NCBI GenBank assembly: GCA_041671585.1
Contig: JBAZBG010000001.1
Location: forward strand, 1 to 43,084
Reading direction: 5' to 3'
Length of the DNA: 43,084 bases
Source of the DNA: Arenimonas sp.
GTDB lineage: Bacteria > Pseudomonadota > Gammaproteobacteria > Xanthomonadales > Xanthomonadaceae
Shown: positions 8,942 through 17,589 of the stretch, piece by piece
Position numbering within the stretch: position 1 is the stretch's first letter
Layout of the letters: each line of letters opens with the position of its first letter
Translations under genes and position numbers: made by a program
The notes under the pieces: model-generated
Database searches by the model: none
The model's input: the letters and a program-made list of their open reading frames with translations, nothing else
What the model was told of the DNA's origin: nothing

Positions 8942-10278
8942 CAGTCGTCCGCCTGTTCCAGTTCGTATTCTCGGATAACGTCGTTCAGGGTCTTGGGCTT
9001 GATAAGCTCGGCCAACACGTCCCGTTTCTGTTCGGGCTTGGCCTGTTCCTCCCACGCCATCGCCAGATAGCGGAAGGCGTCGGCGGTATGGCTGGTCCAA
9101 TCGTGCTTGGGCGCATTGCGAAACGCCCTAGTTTTCTCGTCAAAGTCGGCGCGGTATTGCCGCAGCGCCTCTAAGCCTGCACCTGTCGTATTGGAATTGA
9201 ACCAGCATCGCCCCAGCGCCCGGCGGGCCGCGTTAATGCCGTCGTCTACCTTGTGATGCGAGACCACTACGGGCTTTAAGCCCAACTCAATCATGACCTC
9301 GACGCGCTGGCGCGCCCTGTGACCGTCCTCCGCGCCAGTAGACCGGGAGAACTCCCGCACCTTGGCGTCGTGCGGTACATAGTCGTCGCCGTAGTCGTAG
9401 CCCTTGCGCTTCTTGACCTCGGCGTAATGCTCTATCGCGAACCCGTTGGCCTCGTAGAAGTCGATCACATGGATCTGAGGACCGGCCATCTGGAAAAACC
9501 AGATCGCGGTCGAATCGCCCACGCCCAAATCCCAGGCGCAATGCACGGGGATCGCCGTGTCCACCTCGTATTGACCAACCCTGCCCTCACGCTCGGCCTG
9601 CGCAATCTCCTTGCCGAAATAGGCGCCGAGAATAGCCGCATCAAACGAACACTCGAACTCCTGGTCGTATTGCTCCTGCGTCATATCCTGACGCGCGGCC
9701 TTCAACTCGCTTTCAGCCAATAGTCCGGTTTCGCTCGCCCTGAGCATGAACCGAAACCACTCTGGGTCATCAGCCGCCCGCTCGAATATCTCGTAGAACG
9801 AATTGCGGCCCTTCGGCGTGCCTATGAAGGTGGCACTGCCTTGCCGGTCAGCCAACATAGGTCGAATGATAGACCCCCAAACGGAAGGGGCCATGTCCGC
9901 ATATTCGTCCAATGTAACATCGTCAAAGTAGCCGCCCCGTAAGGCGTCGGCGTTATCCGCCCCGTAGATGCGAACCCGCTGCCCCCCCAACAAGGTAACG
10001 AACAATTCGCTTTCATTCGGCGGCCCTCCCCATACCGGCCGGCTGTACCGCTTCAAATACTCCCAGGCCACGTCCTTGGCCTGCTTGAGAAACGGCGCCA
10101 CATAAGCCGCCCGGTACATCTCCTTTGGGCTGGTGACGGCCCGCCTGATCTTGTCGTTGATGCAGGCTACCGTCTTGCCGCAGCGCCTGTGCGCCACCCC
10201 GACCGCAAAGCGCTCTGTTCTGCTGTGAAATGGCCGGAATACCTCGCGAGGCGCGTAGGGTATTACGATTGCTGCCAT
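8941..10278 (-). CDS. terL: Terminase large subunit
   Basis: Walker A HRRCGKT, Walker B VTLDEY, IGTPKG, nuclease WDLG..D and HTADAFRY. Confidence 0.95.
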   Translation of the reverse strand: MAAIVIPYAPREVFRPFHSRTERFAVGVAHRRCGKTVACINDKIRRAVTSPKEMYRAAYVAPFLKQAKDVAWEYLKRYSRPVWGGPPNESELFVTLLGGQRVRIYGADNADALRGGYFDDVTLDEYADMAPSVWGSIIRPMLADRQGSATFIGTPKGRNSFYEIFERAADDPEWFRFMLRASETGLLAESELKAARQDMTQEQYDQEFECSFDAAILGAYFGKEIAQAEREGRVGQYEVDTAIPVHCAWDLGVGDSTAIWFFQMAGPQIHVIDFYEANGFAIEHYAEVKKRKGYDYGDDYVPHDAKVREFSRSTGAEDGHRARQRVEVMIELGLKPVVVSHHKVDDGINAARRALGRCWFNSNTTGAGLEALRQYRADFDEKTRAFRNAPKHDWTSHTADAFRYLAMAWEEQAKPEQKRDVLAELIKPKTLNDVIREYELEQADD

Positions 10279-10538
10279 GTGACCGTGTGAACGACCGGCT
10301 TGTCCTTGTCGCCTGAGTGCTCAACCGCCGCCAACCTGGCATGAACGTAAGGAGCAGCCGCCTTGGCCGCGTCCATTCGCGTTTCCCGGTCCAAGCCATC
10401 ATCGCGCAAAAGGCTTAGGAGGTAGTCTAGAGGAGATATACCGCCCTCCAATGCCTTGGCCCGCGCGGCCTCGTTCATCTTATTGGCGGCCCCCTTACGC
10501 CGTCCTGCGCCCTGTCTAGCTCCACCGTGCGATGTCAT
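10263..10538 (-). CDS. terS: Terminase small subunit
   Basis: GGAR.GAGR.KG..NK N-terminus, AAKAAAPYVHARL, directly upstream of terL. Confidence 0.75.
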   Translation of the reverse strand: MTSHGGARQGAGRRKGAANKMNEAARAKALEGGISPLDYLLSLLRDDGLDRETRMDAAKAAAPYVHARLAAVEHSGDKDKPVVHTVTWQQS

Positions 10539-10633
10539 CTTGAAATCTTGAAATCAGTTCAATTCCGGCCCGAAATCAAGCCGCTGGTATGTCGTGTCTT
10601 GAATGGGGAACATGCCCCAATGGCTGATCGATA

Positions 10634-10810
10634 TCATGCCGGGTCTTTCTCAGGCGCGCAGTATTCGCTCGGCGAGGTGTCCGGCATTACCTGGTTCATG
10701 ATCTCAAACGCCAATATCTCAAGCGGGTCAGGTTGAGGGCCTATCCAGAACGCGCGGTCTGCCTTCGGGTTTGAGCGCTTGAAGTCGGTATGCCAGATCA
10801 CGTTGGACAT
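10634..10810 (-). CDS. Hypothetical protein (58 aa, not in ORF track)
   Basis: GAGG RBS; MSNVIWHTDFKR...DTSPSEYCAPEKDPA. Confidence 0.55.
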   Translation of the reverse strand: MSNVIWHTDFKRSNPKADRAFWIGPQPDPLEILAFEIMNQVMPDTSPSEYCAPEKDPA

Positions 10811-10916
10811 TGGCTGACCTCGCTAAAAGCACCGGGCGGCGCTTTGACTCTCTCGGTGCCACTAGGGCTGTTTCAGATTTGAGGAGAGTTGCTTTGCTGC
10901 CGCCCGATTGGAATGC

Positions 10917-10948
10917 AAAAGCCCGTCAACGGATTTCTCCGGACGGGC
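10917..10948 (-). terminator. Intrinsic terminator upstream of late operon (tR'-like)
   Basis: GCCCGTC-CGGAGAAATCCG-TT-GACGGGC followed by TTTT on the minus strand. Confidence 0.6.
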
Positions 10949-11004
10949 CATTTGTGCAAATCACTGCACCATGGGAAGAACAGGGCATATGTGGTGACAT
11001 GTCG

Positions 11005-11160
11005 TCAAGGGGGGTCGATTTTATAATGCAACGTGTTCATCTGGATTTTAAGCGGCACCCACCGCAAGCCAAGGCTTACGCCAACAGCCACCGCAGCACC
11101 CAAGACCCCGACGGCAAAGGCCGCGCCTATCAGGACCATCAACGCTTCAACCGGGTTCAT
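11005..11160 (-). CDS. Small membrane protein (51 aa)
   Basis: ATGA-coupled to upstream gene; one long hydrophobic helix. Confidence 0.5.
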   Translation of the reverse strand: MNPVEALMVLIGAAFAVGVLGAAVAVGVSLGLRWVPLKIQMNTLHYKIDPP

Positions 11161-11723
11161 CTCCTGCCCTCATTCGAATATCCAAACCTGATCGCGATCG
11201 TGCGAAGGCATTCCCGAAACCGAGCCCCGATGTACAGCCGATCCCGCTCTGAAGTTCTCCCCCGGTCACAAGCCGCTTGCGTTATACTCCAGCCCTTCGC
11301 CAGAACGTCCGTGACGAGCCGATTGCCTTCAGGCCCCAATGCCTTCGCCGCGTTCCGCAAATCAACCACGGCGCGCCTCTGTTGATCTGTTAGCATCTCC
11401 GGAAGCCTCCCACCGTCCACCGCTTCCTTGCCTGGATCGATCGCCCTAACGTGGCCGATCTCGGCATTCTCGTAAGCGGCTTGCCAATGGCGCCCCGCAA
11501 CATAATCGCATTGGTCGATCTGGTTCTTCGACTTCATGTCCGCCAAGGGGTCGTTTCTTGTCGAGCGCAGCACCACGATTTTGTCCCCCGGATTGAGAGC
11601 AAGCGGGTCGTCAACTTCGTCCACGGCCACGAGGGCGTTCCGTAGAAGATTCTGCGCCCTCCGGTCGTGGACTTGTGCCGCTGGATTGTACGGCTTCCCT
11701 TTGCGTCTAGCCTTCAGTGCCAT
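11157..11723 (-). CDS. Late transcription activator/antiterminator, DUF6456 (GafZ-like)
   Basis: DPLA..I....AG......YE.A.....DP..E.VDGG..A..ALG..LV..VL..G.S...RECL..IA..FGY pattern; occupies the lambda Q position. Confidence 0.6.
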   Translation of the reverse strand: MALKARRKGKPYNPAAQVHDRRAQNLLRNALVAVDEVDDPLALNPGDKIVVLRSTRNDPLADMKSKNQIDQCDYVAGRHWQAAYENAEIGHVRAIDPGKEAVDGGRLPEMLTDQQRRAVVDLRNAAKALGPEGNRLVTDVLAKGWSITQAACDRGRTSERDRLYIGARFRECLRTIAIRFGYSNEGRR

Positions 11724-11967
11724 GGCTTCCCTCTGTTCTTGGATTGGATGCGGAACGCTGTTGATAATTTTTCAGACATTCACGGGATTTATCGAGCCTA
11801 GCAATGTTCTCAGGCTTGCTGCTTCCGGTCTGGAGGCCGGATGTGGCGGTGTCTATGACCGGAAGGTCGGAAACTTTCAGCGTTGCGGATTCGCATGGCC
11901 CACATTGGCCCAAAGTATTTTTGCCGAGGCCGTCCCGTACTGTGCCGTCTGAGGGGTCGCGGATCAT
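11707..11967 (-). CDS. Hypothetical protein
   Basis: ATGA-coupled ORF filling the operon gap. Confidence 0.35.
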   Translation of the reverse strand: MIRDPSDGTVRDGLGKNTLGQCGPCESATLKVSDLPVIDTATSGLQTGSSKPENIARLDKSRECLKNYQQRSASNPRTEGSHGTEG

Positions 11968-12176
11968 GCAGCGCCCCCCTTCGGCTTACGATAGGAAACA
12001 TCAATTATTTCTTGTGCCAGTTCCCGCAATTCTTCAGCGGTGAAGTCCTCCGAAAAATAATTGTCGCAATTCTCCCAAATCGAGAATGTACCGTCATCGT
12101 TGAGTTCAATGCTGAAAACGCGACCTCCGCCGGTGTACCGGGACAGCCGTTCAAGGTGTTCGCTCATTGCGCCCAT
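11964..12176 (-). CDS. Hypothetical protein
   Basis: 70 aa, AAAGGG RBS, ends GGAA with ATGA coupling. Confidence 0.55.
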   Translation of the reverse strand: MGAMSEHLERLSRYTGGGRVFSIELNDDGTFSIWENCDNYFSEDFTAEELRELAQEIIDVSYRKPKGGAA

Positions 12177-12225
12177 CCCTTTTCGTTGGTGCTCTTGGCG
12201 AGGTCAGTAGCTGAGGTGTCGCGGA

Positions 12226-12588
12226 TCATGCTCGGCGAGCCTGCATTACCCGGTACTGTTCCAGTTTTCTCAGGTGGTCAGCGTGTTCGTTGCAAGCTTG
12301 GCGCACCTCGTAAACGCTCGGAAGCCACTTTGATGTGCTGGGCAAGCCCGTACGGGGGTCGGTGATGTAGTCGATCACGTCCTGCGAATACTCGCTAAGA
12401 ACCGCTGCCGTCGCCGCCGCGTATATCTCCGGGTCGCTCGCTTCCGCCCTGCGGTAGCATCCGAACATCAGAGCCGCCCGAGAGGACGCGTAGGCTCGGG
12501 ATTGTTGGGCGTTCTCCAAAGCTAATGCCCTCTTCTGCATGTCTTCGGGCGACGTTACTGAGAGACTGAGTTTTTTCATTTCTTCCAT
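12226..12588 (-). CDS. Replication-associated protein (helicase loader/inhibitor-like)
   Basis: DPEIY.A....VLSEY...DPRTGLP...KWLPSVYEVRQAC; overlaps the 3' end of the initiator gene. Confidence 0.5.
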   Translation of the reverse strand: MEEMKKLSLSVTSPEDMQKRALALENAQQSRAYASSRAALMFGCYRRAEASDPEIYAAATAAVLSEYSQDVIDYITDPRTGLPSTSKWLPSVYEVRQACNEHADHLRKLEQYRVMQARRA

Positions 12589-13327
12589 GTGTCACCGTGA
12601 GTTTTTCCGCTTCCTTAATCTCGACAACTGGAAGCGGCGATTGCCGGTTGGCAAACGAGGTTGCAAACACTTTTTCGTAATATGAGATTGGCTTTCCGGG
12701 GCCTATGCGGCGGATATCCGCGTCAATCAGGTCTGCCGTCCAACCAGCAGATTCCCAAGTTACAGCCCTCCAATCGGTTCCGGCGTACTCCGGCGGCACC
12801 TTCAGCGGCGTGTCAAAACCAAGGGCTTCCAGGAAGGCGTCGGCGAGAGCCTTCGAACCTTTTGTGAAACTGCTCGCGCCCGCGTCTCCTATCCTATCTT
12901 CTTTGGTAGTGGCTTCTGGCTTCTGGGCTTTAACCTCACCCTTAACCTTTGGGTTAACCCATGCCTTAACCTTTGGGTTGCCACCTAGTCTTCCATTTGA
13001 TTGATCCTTGGCGGCCTTGGCAGCATCGCGGCGCATACGTCGGGAATAGATCGTTCCGTCATCGTCACGGCTGAAAACACCGAACCCTTCCAGCTCCAGC
13101 AACAGCACCGTGCATTCGTTTTCCCGAATGCCGGCGAGCGTGGCTAGGCGTTTCTTGTCGATCCTGGCACCGTTGATGAGAAGCGAGCCGTAAGGCGTGG
13201 CTTCGTGCATGATGCACAGCATCTCAACCCAAAGGCCGCGCGCCGCTATTGTGCAGCTACGCAAGGCAGGGTCCGCCCGCCAGTCTGACGGGTAGAACTT
13301 CATCCATGGATTGCCAGCAGTTTTCAA
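12395..13327 (-). CDS. Replication initiator (YdaU/DUF1376-like N-terminus)
   Basis: [13 protein letters not shown]...ARGLW..MLC.MH; SRRM.RD; GGNP; internal iterons. Confidence 0.7.
   Translation of the reverse strand: MKTAGNPWMKFYPSDWRADPALRSCTIAARGLWVEMLCIMHEATPYGSLLINGARIDKKRLATLAGIRENECTVLLLELEGFGVFSRDDDGTIYSRRMRRDAAKAAKDQSNGRLGGNPKVKAWVNPKVKGEVKAQKPEATTKEDRIGDAGASSFTKGSKALADAFLEALGFDTPLKVPPEYAGTDWRAVTWESAGWTADLIDADIRRIGPGKPISYYEKVFATSFANRQSPLPVVEIKEAEKLTVTHGRNEKTQSLSNVARRHAEEGISFGERPTIPSLRVLSGGSDVRMLPQGGSERPGDIRGGDGSGS
12930..12979. repeat. Iteron array, putative replication origin
   Basis: TTAACC at 12930, 12942, 12954 and 12966 (12-bp period); CCTTAACCTTTGGGTT at 12940 and 12964. Confidence 0.65.
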
Positions 13328-13608
13328 GCCAGCATTCCCATGGCCTGCATGTACAGTTCAAGGATCGTCTCGGCTTCTTGGCGCTCGTTAGCGTCCTGCT
13401 TGCGCATTCGAACGATTGTCCGCAACGCCTTCACGTCGAAGCCGTTGCCCTTGGCTTCCGCGTAGACATCCTTGATGTCGTCGGAGATAGTTTTCTTTTC
13501 CTCCTCCAAACGCTCTATTCGCTCAATGATGGATCTGATCTGGTCCTTTGAAAACTTCGTGGCCGGCGCTTCTGCTTCGCTGTTATGTCCGATCGAAGGC
13601 TCGCTCAT
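13324..13608 (-). CDS. gapR: GapR-like nucleoid-associated protein (DUF2312)
   Basis: [44 protein letters not shown]...Y..A.GM. Confidence 0.9.
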   Translation of the reverse strand: MSEPSIGHNSEAEAPATKFSKDQIRSIIERIERLEEEKKTISDDIKDVYAEAKGNGFDVKALRTIVRMRKQDANERQEAETILELYMQAMGMLA

Positions 13609-13816
13609 GTGTCGCGCTCTCTGTTTGTGATGTTTCGGAAACGCGATGGCTACTGGTCTTGAACCCGCCCGGCACTGGACAATTACAAATCCATTGCAGT
13701 TCGATCCCGTAGTGGTGATGGTGCATGGGCTCGTTGGCAAAGGACACTAGCCAGCCGAGGCGGAAATGGTCCTCTATGTCTTTGAAGCGAACAAACTTGA
13801 GGGCGCGTGGGATCAC
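13583..13816 (-). CDS. Hypothetical protein
   Basis: GTGA-coupled to the methyltransferase stop; 77 aa with HHHHY and WICNC. Confidence 0.5.
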   Translation of the reverse strand: MIPRALKFVRFKDIEDHFRLGWLVSFANEPMHHHHYGIELQWICNCPVPGGFKTSSHRVSETSQTESATHERAFDRT

Positions 13817-14412
13817 TCTGCCGCCTCCCATGACAGGCGATGTAGTTCGGTAGGTCCATGATGGTTGCGGTCCCATACGAACCACGCGAAGGCCATCCCA
13901 CTATTTGAATTAGTCGGTCCTTCCCATCCGTGTCGGTGCATCATAGGGAGTCGCTTCCGGAAAACATGAACGCGAGCCAGTTGTCCGTTATCGAGGATAG
14001 GGGATCGCTTCTGACTTTCAAGAAATGCCAACCGCAGCAACATCACAACGCGCGGGCAAATATCCAGTGCATGTGCTACAAATTCGCCAGCATTCTTGAA
14101 TGGTGGGTTAGTGACTATTGCCTCGCAGTTCTTATGCGGAGGCATCTGTCTCTCAGAAAGAAAATCCCACCCGTGGCGGTCTTGATCGGGTGATGAATAA
14201 TTAACAAGATCCGTTGAAAGAACAAAATGCCCAGCATCGCGCAAAACACGAGCTATAGCACCAGGCCCGCAAGCTGGCTCCCAAATGCACTTTGGCAGGG
14301 CTTCAACTCGCAACAGCGCCGATACGGCCTCTGATGGCGTCTCATAAAGATCGTTAGCGCGCTCGCTTAGAGGGGCGCGCTTATTGCCAGTTCCGGATGC
14401 GAGCTCAGCCAT
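13813..14412 (-). CDS. Orphan DNA amino-methyltransferase (probably N6-adenine)
   Basis: DLYETP, WEPACGPG (motif I), IVTNPPF (motif IV), AWFVW. Confidence 0.8.
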   Translation of the reverse strand: MAELASGTGNKRAPLSERANDLYETPSEAVSALLRVEALPKCIWEPACGPGAIARVLRDAGHFVLSTDLVNYSSPDQDRHGWDFLSERQMPPHKNCEAIVTNPPFKNAGEFVAHALDICPRVVMLLRLAFLESQKRSPILDNGQLARVHVFRKRLPMMHRHGWEGPTNSNSGMAFAWFVWDRNHHGPTELHRLSWEAAE

Positions 14413-14555
14413 TATGCCGACTTCCGCTCCCTACGTATCTGCCTCACCACTTCCAGCACCCTCACCCGATGACGAATTCTGTCTCTCGACTTCGGATTTG
14501 CTTTCTTCAAGGCTTGCTTCTCTTGGGAGAGGAGGGTTGATAAACGGGGTTTCAT
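14412..14555 (-). CDS. Small basic protein (47 aa), originally coupled to the DnaA-like gene
   Basis: GGAGG RBS, MKPRLSTLL...RERKSA; stop overlaps the methyltransferase ATG. Confidence 0.55.
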   Translation of the reverse strand: MKPRLSTLLSQEKQALKKANPKSRDRIRHRVRVLEVVRQIRRERKSA

Positions 14556-14586
14556 GCTGCCTCCAAAATCATTCATGCCTATCCGG

Positions 14587-14615
14587 TTGACACCCACACA
14601 TACCCATGCTAGTAT
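14587..14615 (+). promoter_or_regulatory. Sigma70 promoter starting inside the left IR
   Basis: TTGACA-17 bp-TAGTAT with extended -10 TG. Confidence 0.65.
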
Positions 14616-14645
14616 CCTTTCATCGAACAACGAAGGGAACGCCAA

Positions 14646-14852
14646 ATGACCAGCCGAACGATCACCATCTCCAGCATCCCCGCCGAAGCCTCTGGCGACT
14701 GGCATGACAAGCCCCTGCGCTGGGCTGTTACCGGCCCCGCCGGAGAAGTGCAGAAGTTTTCCACCCGAAAGGATGCGCAGAAATACAAGTCCCTGCGGTT
14801 CCGGTCTTACGATCAGAAAATAGCAATCGACAAATTCGTGCGGGAGGGCTGA
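14646..14852 (+). CDS. IS passenger protein 1 (68 aa, unknown)
   Basis: RBS GAAGGG; inside the IS ends. Confidence 0.65.
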   Translation: MTSRTITISSIPAEASGDWHDKPLRWAVTGPAGEVQKFSTRKDAQKYKSLRFRSYDQKIAIDKFVREG

Positions 14853-14855
14853 GCC

Positions 14856-15218
14856 GTGGTCTACGTCCAGACGAAGTATCGGCGGGCCAACCACGTCGGC
14901 GGGGTGCGAAAGCGCCTCGCTAAGATGATCGTTGCCGCGCTTGCGGAAGAGGGAATTGAGGCGCGATGCGAGCCCAAGGATTTGTGGCCAGCGTTGGGTT
15001 ACTGGCGGCAGATCGAACAAGATGTCTATTCGTGGGAAGGCTGCTGCGAGGTGAAATCGTTCGGCAAATGGATGAAACGGTCGCTCGGCTCTTGGGACCG
15101 AATGTCTTCCTGCATCAAAGGCTTGACGATAGGCGGTGACGGTTTCGGGTACGAAGTCTACGCCAATAACGAACTTGAGCCGAGCAAGCGGTTCAACATC
15201 GCGCGGAAGGTTGCCTAA
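14856..15218 (+). CDS. IS passenger protein 2 (120 aa, unknown)
   Basis: GGAGG RBS, GTG start; stop abuts the transposase ATG. Confidence 0.65.
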   Translation: MVYVQTKYRRANHVGGVRKRLAKMIVAALAEEGIEARCEPKDLWPALGYWRQIEQDVYSWEGCCEVKSFGKWMKRSLGSWDRMSSCIKGLTIGGDGFGYEVYANNELEPSKRFNIARKVA

Positions 15219-16262
15219 ATGCCGCCCTATGCCGACGCGCTCAAATGGGAACATCTGCCGTTCCCCAAGTCGCTGCCCAGCTTCCAAAAGCTGTTCCCGG
15301 ATGACGCGGCTTGCGCCTCCTATCTGGAGCGCGTGCGCTGGGAAAAGGGCTTCGCTTGCCCGCTCTGCAAGGCCAAGGGCGAGCCCTACCGCTTCACCGC
15401 GCGCCCCGGCGTGCTGCGCTGTAAGGCATGCAGGCAGGACACGGCTTTGACGGCCGGGACCGTGATGGAACGCGCCCGAACGCCGCTTACCGTGTGGTTT
15501 TGGGGTGCTTACCTCGTTGCGAGCATGACGCCCGGCCTTTCGGCCATGCAATTTCAGAGGCAGCTTGGCCTTTCCAGGTATGAGACTGCCTTCCAAATTC
15601 TGCACAAGCTTCGCGCGGGAATGGTACGACCCGACCGTGACCGCATCGGCGGCGCTATTGGCATCAAGGACCATGTTGAGGTTGACGAAACCTACATCGG
15701 CGGCTCGACACGAGGCGAAGGACGCGGGCCGCACACCGACGACAAGTCCATCGTGATCGCCGCCGTCGAAGTTCGTACCCGGCCGCCCAAGAAAGGCGAC
15801 AAACCGTCCCGTCGCGGCGGTCGATATGCGGGCCGGTTGCGTATGGAAGTCATCGGAGACCGGACTGCGCAATCCATGGTCGGGTTTATCGAAGCGGCCG
15901 TAGCCCCCGGCGCGATGGTCGTGACCGATGCGGCCCCCGGTTACGCCAGCCTGACCAAAAAGGGCTTCGAACATCTGCCGGTTGTCGAGGCTGGCAACCC
16001 CGAAGTGGCGGAAGAGTATCTGCCCATCGTTCATCTTGTCTTTTCGAACCTGAAAAGCTGGCTGACCGGATGCCACCACGGCGTCAGCCCGCAACATCTG
16101 CAAGCCTACCTCAATGAGTTCACATTCCGGTTCAATCGCCGGTTTTATCCCTTCAACGCCTTCCGCTCGCTGCTTGGCATCGGCATGGGCAACGAAAGCC
16201 CGACCTATGACGAGCTTTACAGCGGAACGTGGGAACACCCTAGAGTTAGCGATCATGGGTGA
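15219..16262 (+). CDS. IS1595-family transposase
   Basis: Zn ribbon CPLC..CKAC; [10 protein letters not shown]; VTD; [21 protein letters not shown]. Confidence 0.93.
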   Translation: MPPYADALKWEHLPFPKSLPSFQKLFPDDAACASYLERVRWEKGFACPLCKAKGEPYRFTARPGVLRCKACRQDTALTAGTVMERARTPLTVWFWGAYLVASMTPGLSAMQFQRQLGLSRYETAFQILHKLRAGMVRPDRDRIGGAIGIKDHVEVDETYIGGSTRGEGRGPHTDDKSIVIAAVEVRTRPPKKGDKPSRRGGRYAGRLRMEVIGDRTAQSMVGFIEAAVAPGAMVVTDAAPGYASLTKKGFEHLPVVEAGNPEVAEEYLPIVHLVFSNLKSWLTGCHHGVSPQHLQAYLNEFTFRFNRRFYPFNAFRSLLGIGMGNESPTYDELYSGTWEHPRVSDHG

Positions 16263-16840
16263 TAACCGGATAGGCATGAAATCATTGCCTTGAGTGCATC
16301 AATTTCCGCGAGCAGCTTTGCGTCCGTGGTCAGAAGCTTCTCGATCTTGCGAACGGCATGGAGGACCGTGGTGTGATCTCGTCCGCCGAATTTTCGTCCG
16401 ATCTCAGGAAGCGATCTTGGCGTCATTGTCTTGGCGAGATACATTGCCACTTGGCGGGCGTGAACGATCTTCGCGGTGCGGCGCTCTGCGATCAGTTCCG
16501 CCTTGGTGAACCCGTAATAATTGCGAATAATGCGCTGGATTTCGTCGATCTTCGGATGTCGCGGGCCGGATACGTCGCTCTCGATTGAAAACCACGGCGC
16601 TTTCGCAAGCGGATTGAGCTGGTGCTGGCGCTCCACCCAATCGCCAAATGAAAATGACGGCTCTGGCGGTAGTTCTTTCAGCTTTAATACAGGGCCTTCG
16701 ACAACGACAAACCTTGCCTTCTTCTTCACGCTCGTTCGCGCCTGGAACTTCGCCTTTCGCTCCCGGCGCGCGGCAATGCGCTGCTCCCTCGACAGCTTGA
16801 GGTAAGGATCGTCTTGAACGAGATTGGCGATGGCTTCCAT
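16253..16840 (-). CDS. DnaA C-terminal HTH domain protein; last codons replaced by IS sequence
   Basis: [36 protein letters not shown]; pre-insertion end reconstructs as AMILEAA*. Confidence 0.85.
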   Translation of the reverse strand: MEAIANLVQDDPYLKLSREQRIAARRERKAKFQARTSVKKKARFVVVEGPVLKLKELPPEPSFSFGDWVERQHQLNPLAKAPWFSIESDVSGPRHPKIDEIQRIIRNYYGFTKAELIAERRTAKIVHARQVAMYLAKTMTPRSLPEIGRKFGGRDHTTVLHAVRKIEKLLTTDAKLLAEIDALKAMISCLSGYHP

Positions 16841-16874
16841 GTTACGCTACTCCCATAGTGAGACCGTTCAACTG

Positions 16875-17234
16875 TTATCGTCGGCGGGCAAAATCGCTTC
16901 CGCCCATTCCAGAAGTTTGCGCCCGCAGGCCGTCAATATCCGCGCGATAAAAGTCCGCATCTCCCGCGTTAAGACGCGCTTCCAGACGCGCGAGTATGAG
17001 TTTTGCTTGATGTAATTCATTCCGCGCCGCTCTTTCGTTTTTGATACGCAACGCTTCCTGAATTTGTTTGATTTCTGATGGCTCGACTTTGCGAGCCTTG
17101 CCGTACCAAATATCCGACGTTCGCCAGTAAGAGAGCTTTGCGGCTCGGCTGGTACGGTCGATTACGGCCTTGATCCGCTCCCCTGATGCCCACGGCTCCG
17201 AGAGGTCGCGCAACAGCGCGGCTGCGTCAGACAT
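16875..17234 (-). CDS. CII-like transcriptional regulator
   Basis: GGAGG RBS; HTH-like AAKLSYWRTSDIWYGKAR; position downstream of cro. Confidence 0.5.
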   Translation of the reverse strand: MSDAAALLRDLSEPWASGERIKAVIDRTSRAAKLSYWRTSDIWYGKARKVEPSEIKQIQEALRIKNERAARNELHQAKLILARLEARLNAGDADFYRADIDGLRAQTSGMGGSDFARRR

Positions 17235-17469
17235 CGGCCCCTCCCAAGGGAAAAGGGACATCCCCGCGATTTTGGGATGCGATTGGGAAGCCGCTCCCAA
17301 CGTTTAGGGCAAATAAAAACAACATGATTTTGCTCCTTGTTTTTCAGAGGTTTGGGGAAATGTCGGAAGACGACGAAGGATCTTGGATTGCTCTAGAAGC
17401 GGCAACGCGGAACATCACTGCGCTGCTTTGGCTGAGATCAAAGCCATACGGGCCAGGATCGAAAGAGAT

Positions 17470-17589
17470 TGAATCTTGCGGGCCGGGCTTGATACCGGCT
17501 GCAGTTCGAAGCGGGGCCAGACGCGTAGGATGCCCGCCGTCGCTGGAGGTCGCGCGCTCGACCGCGTGTCCTTCCACGCCGCCGCAAGA
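17470..17589 (-). ncRNA. tRNA-like cloverleaf RNA (non-canonical)
   Basis: Acceptor TCTTGCGG/CCGCAAGA, D-arm GCGT-GGAAGGAC-ACGC, hairpin GGTCG-AGCGCG-CGACC, long insert, T-arm GCCGG-TATCAAGC-CCGGC, 3' TTCA. Confidence 0.6.

Larger units (their letters stand above)
14574..16278 (+). mobile_element. IS1595-family element (1705 bp) with two passenger genes
   Basis: 23-bp terminal IRs 14574-14596 and 16256-16278 (21/23 match); 8-bp target duplication AAATCATT at 14566-14573 and 16279-16286. Confidence 0.92.

Noticed and set aside
17470-17589. Canonical tRNA gene
   Set aside because: 6-nt anticodon-position loop, 8-nt T loop without TTC and no CCA; reported as tRNA-like instead.
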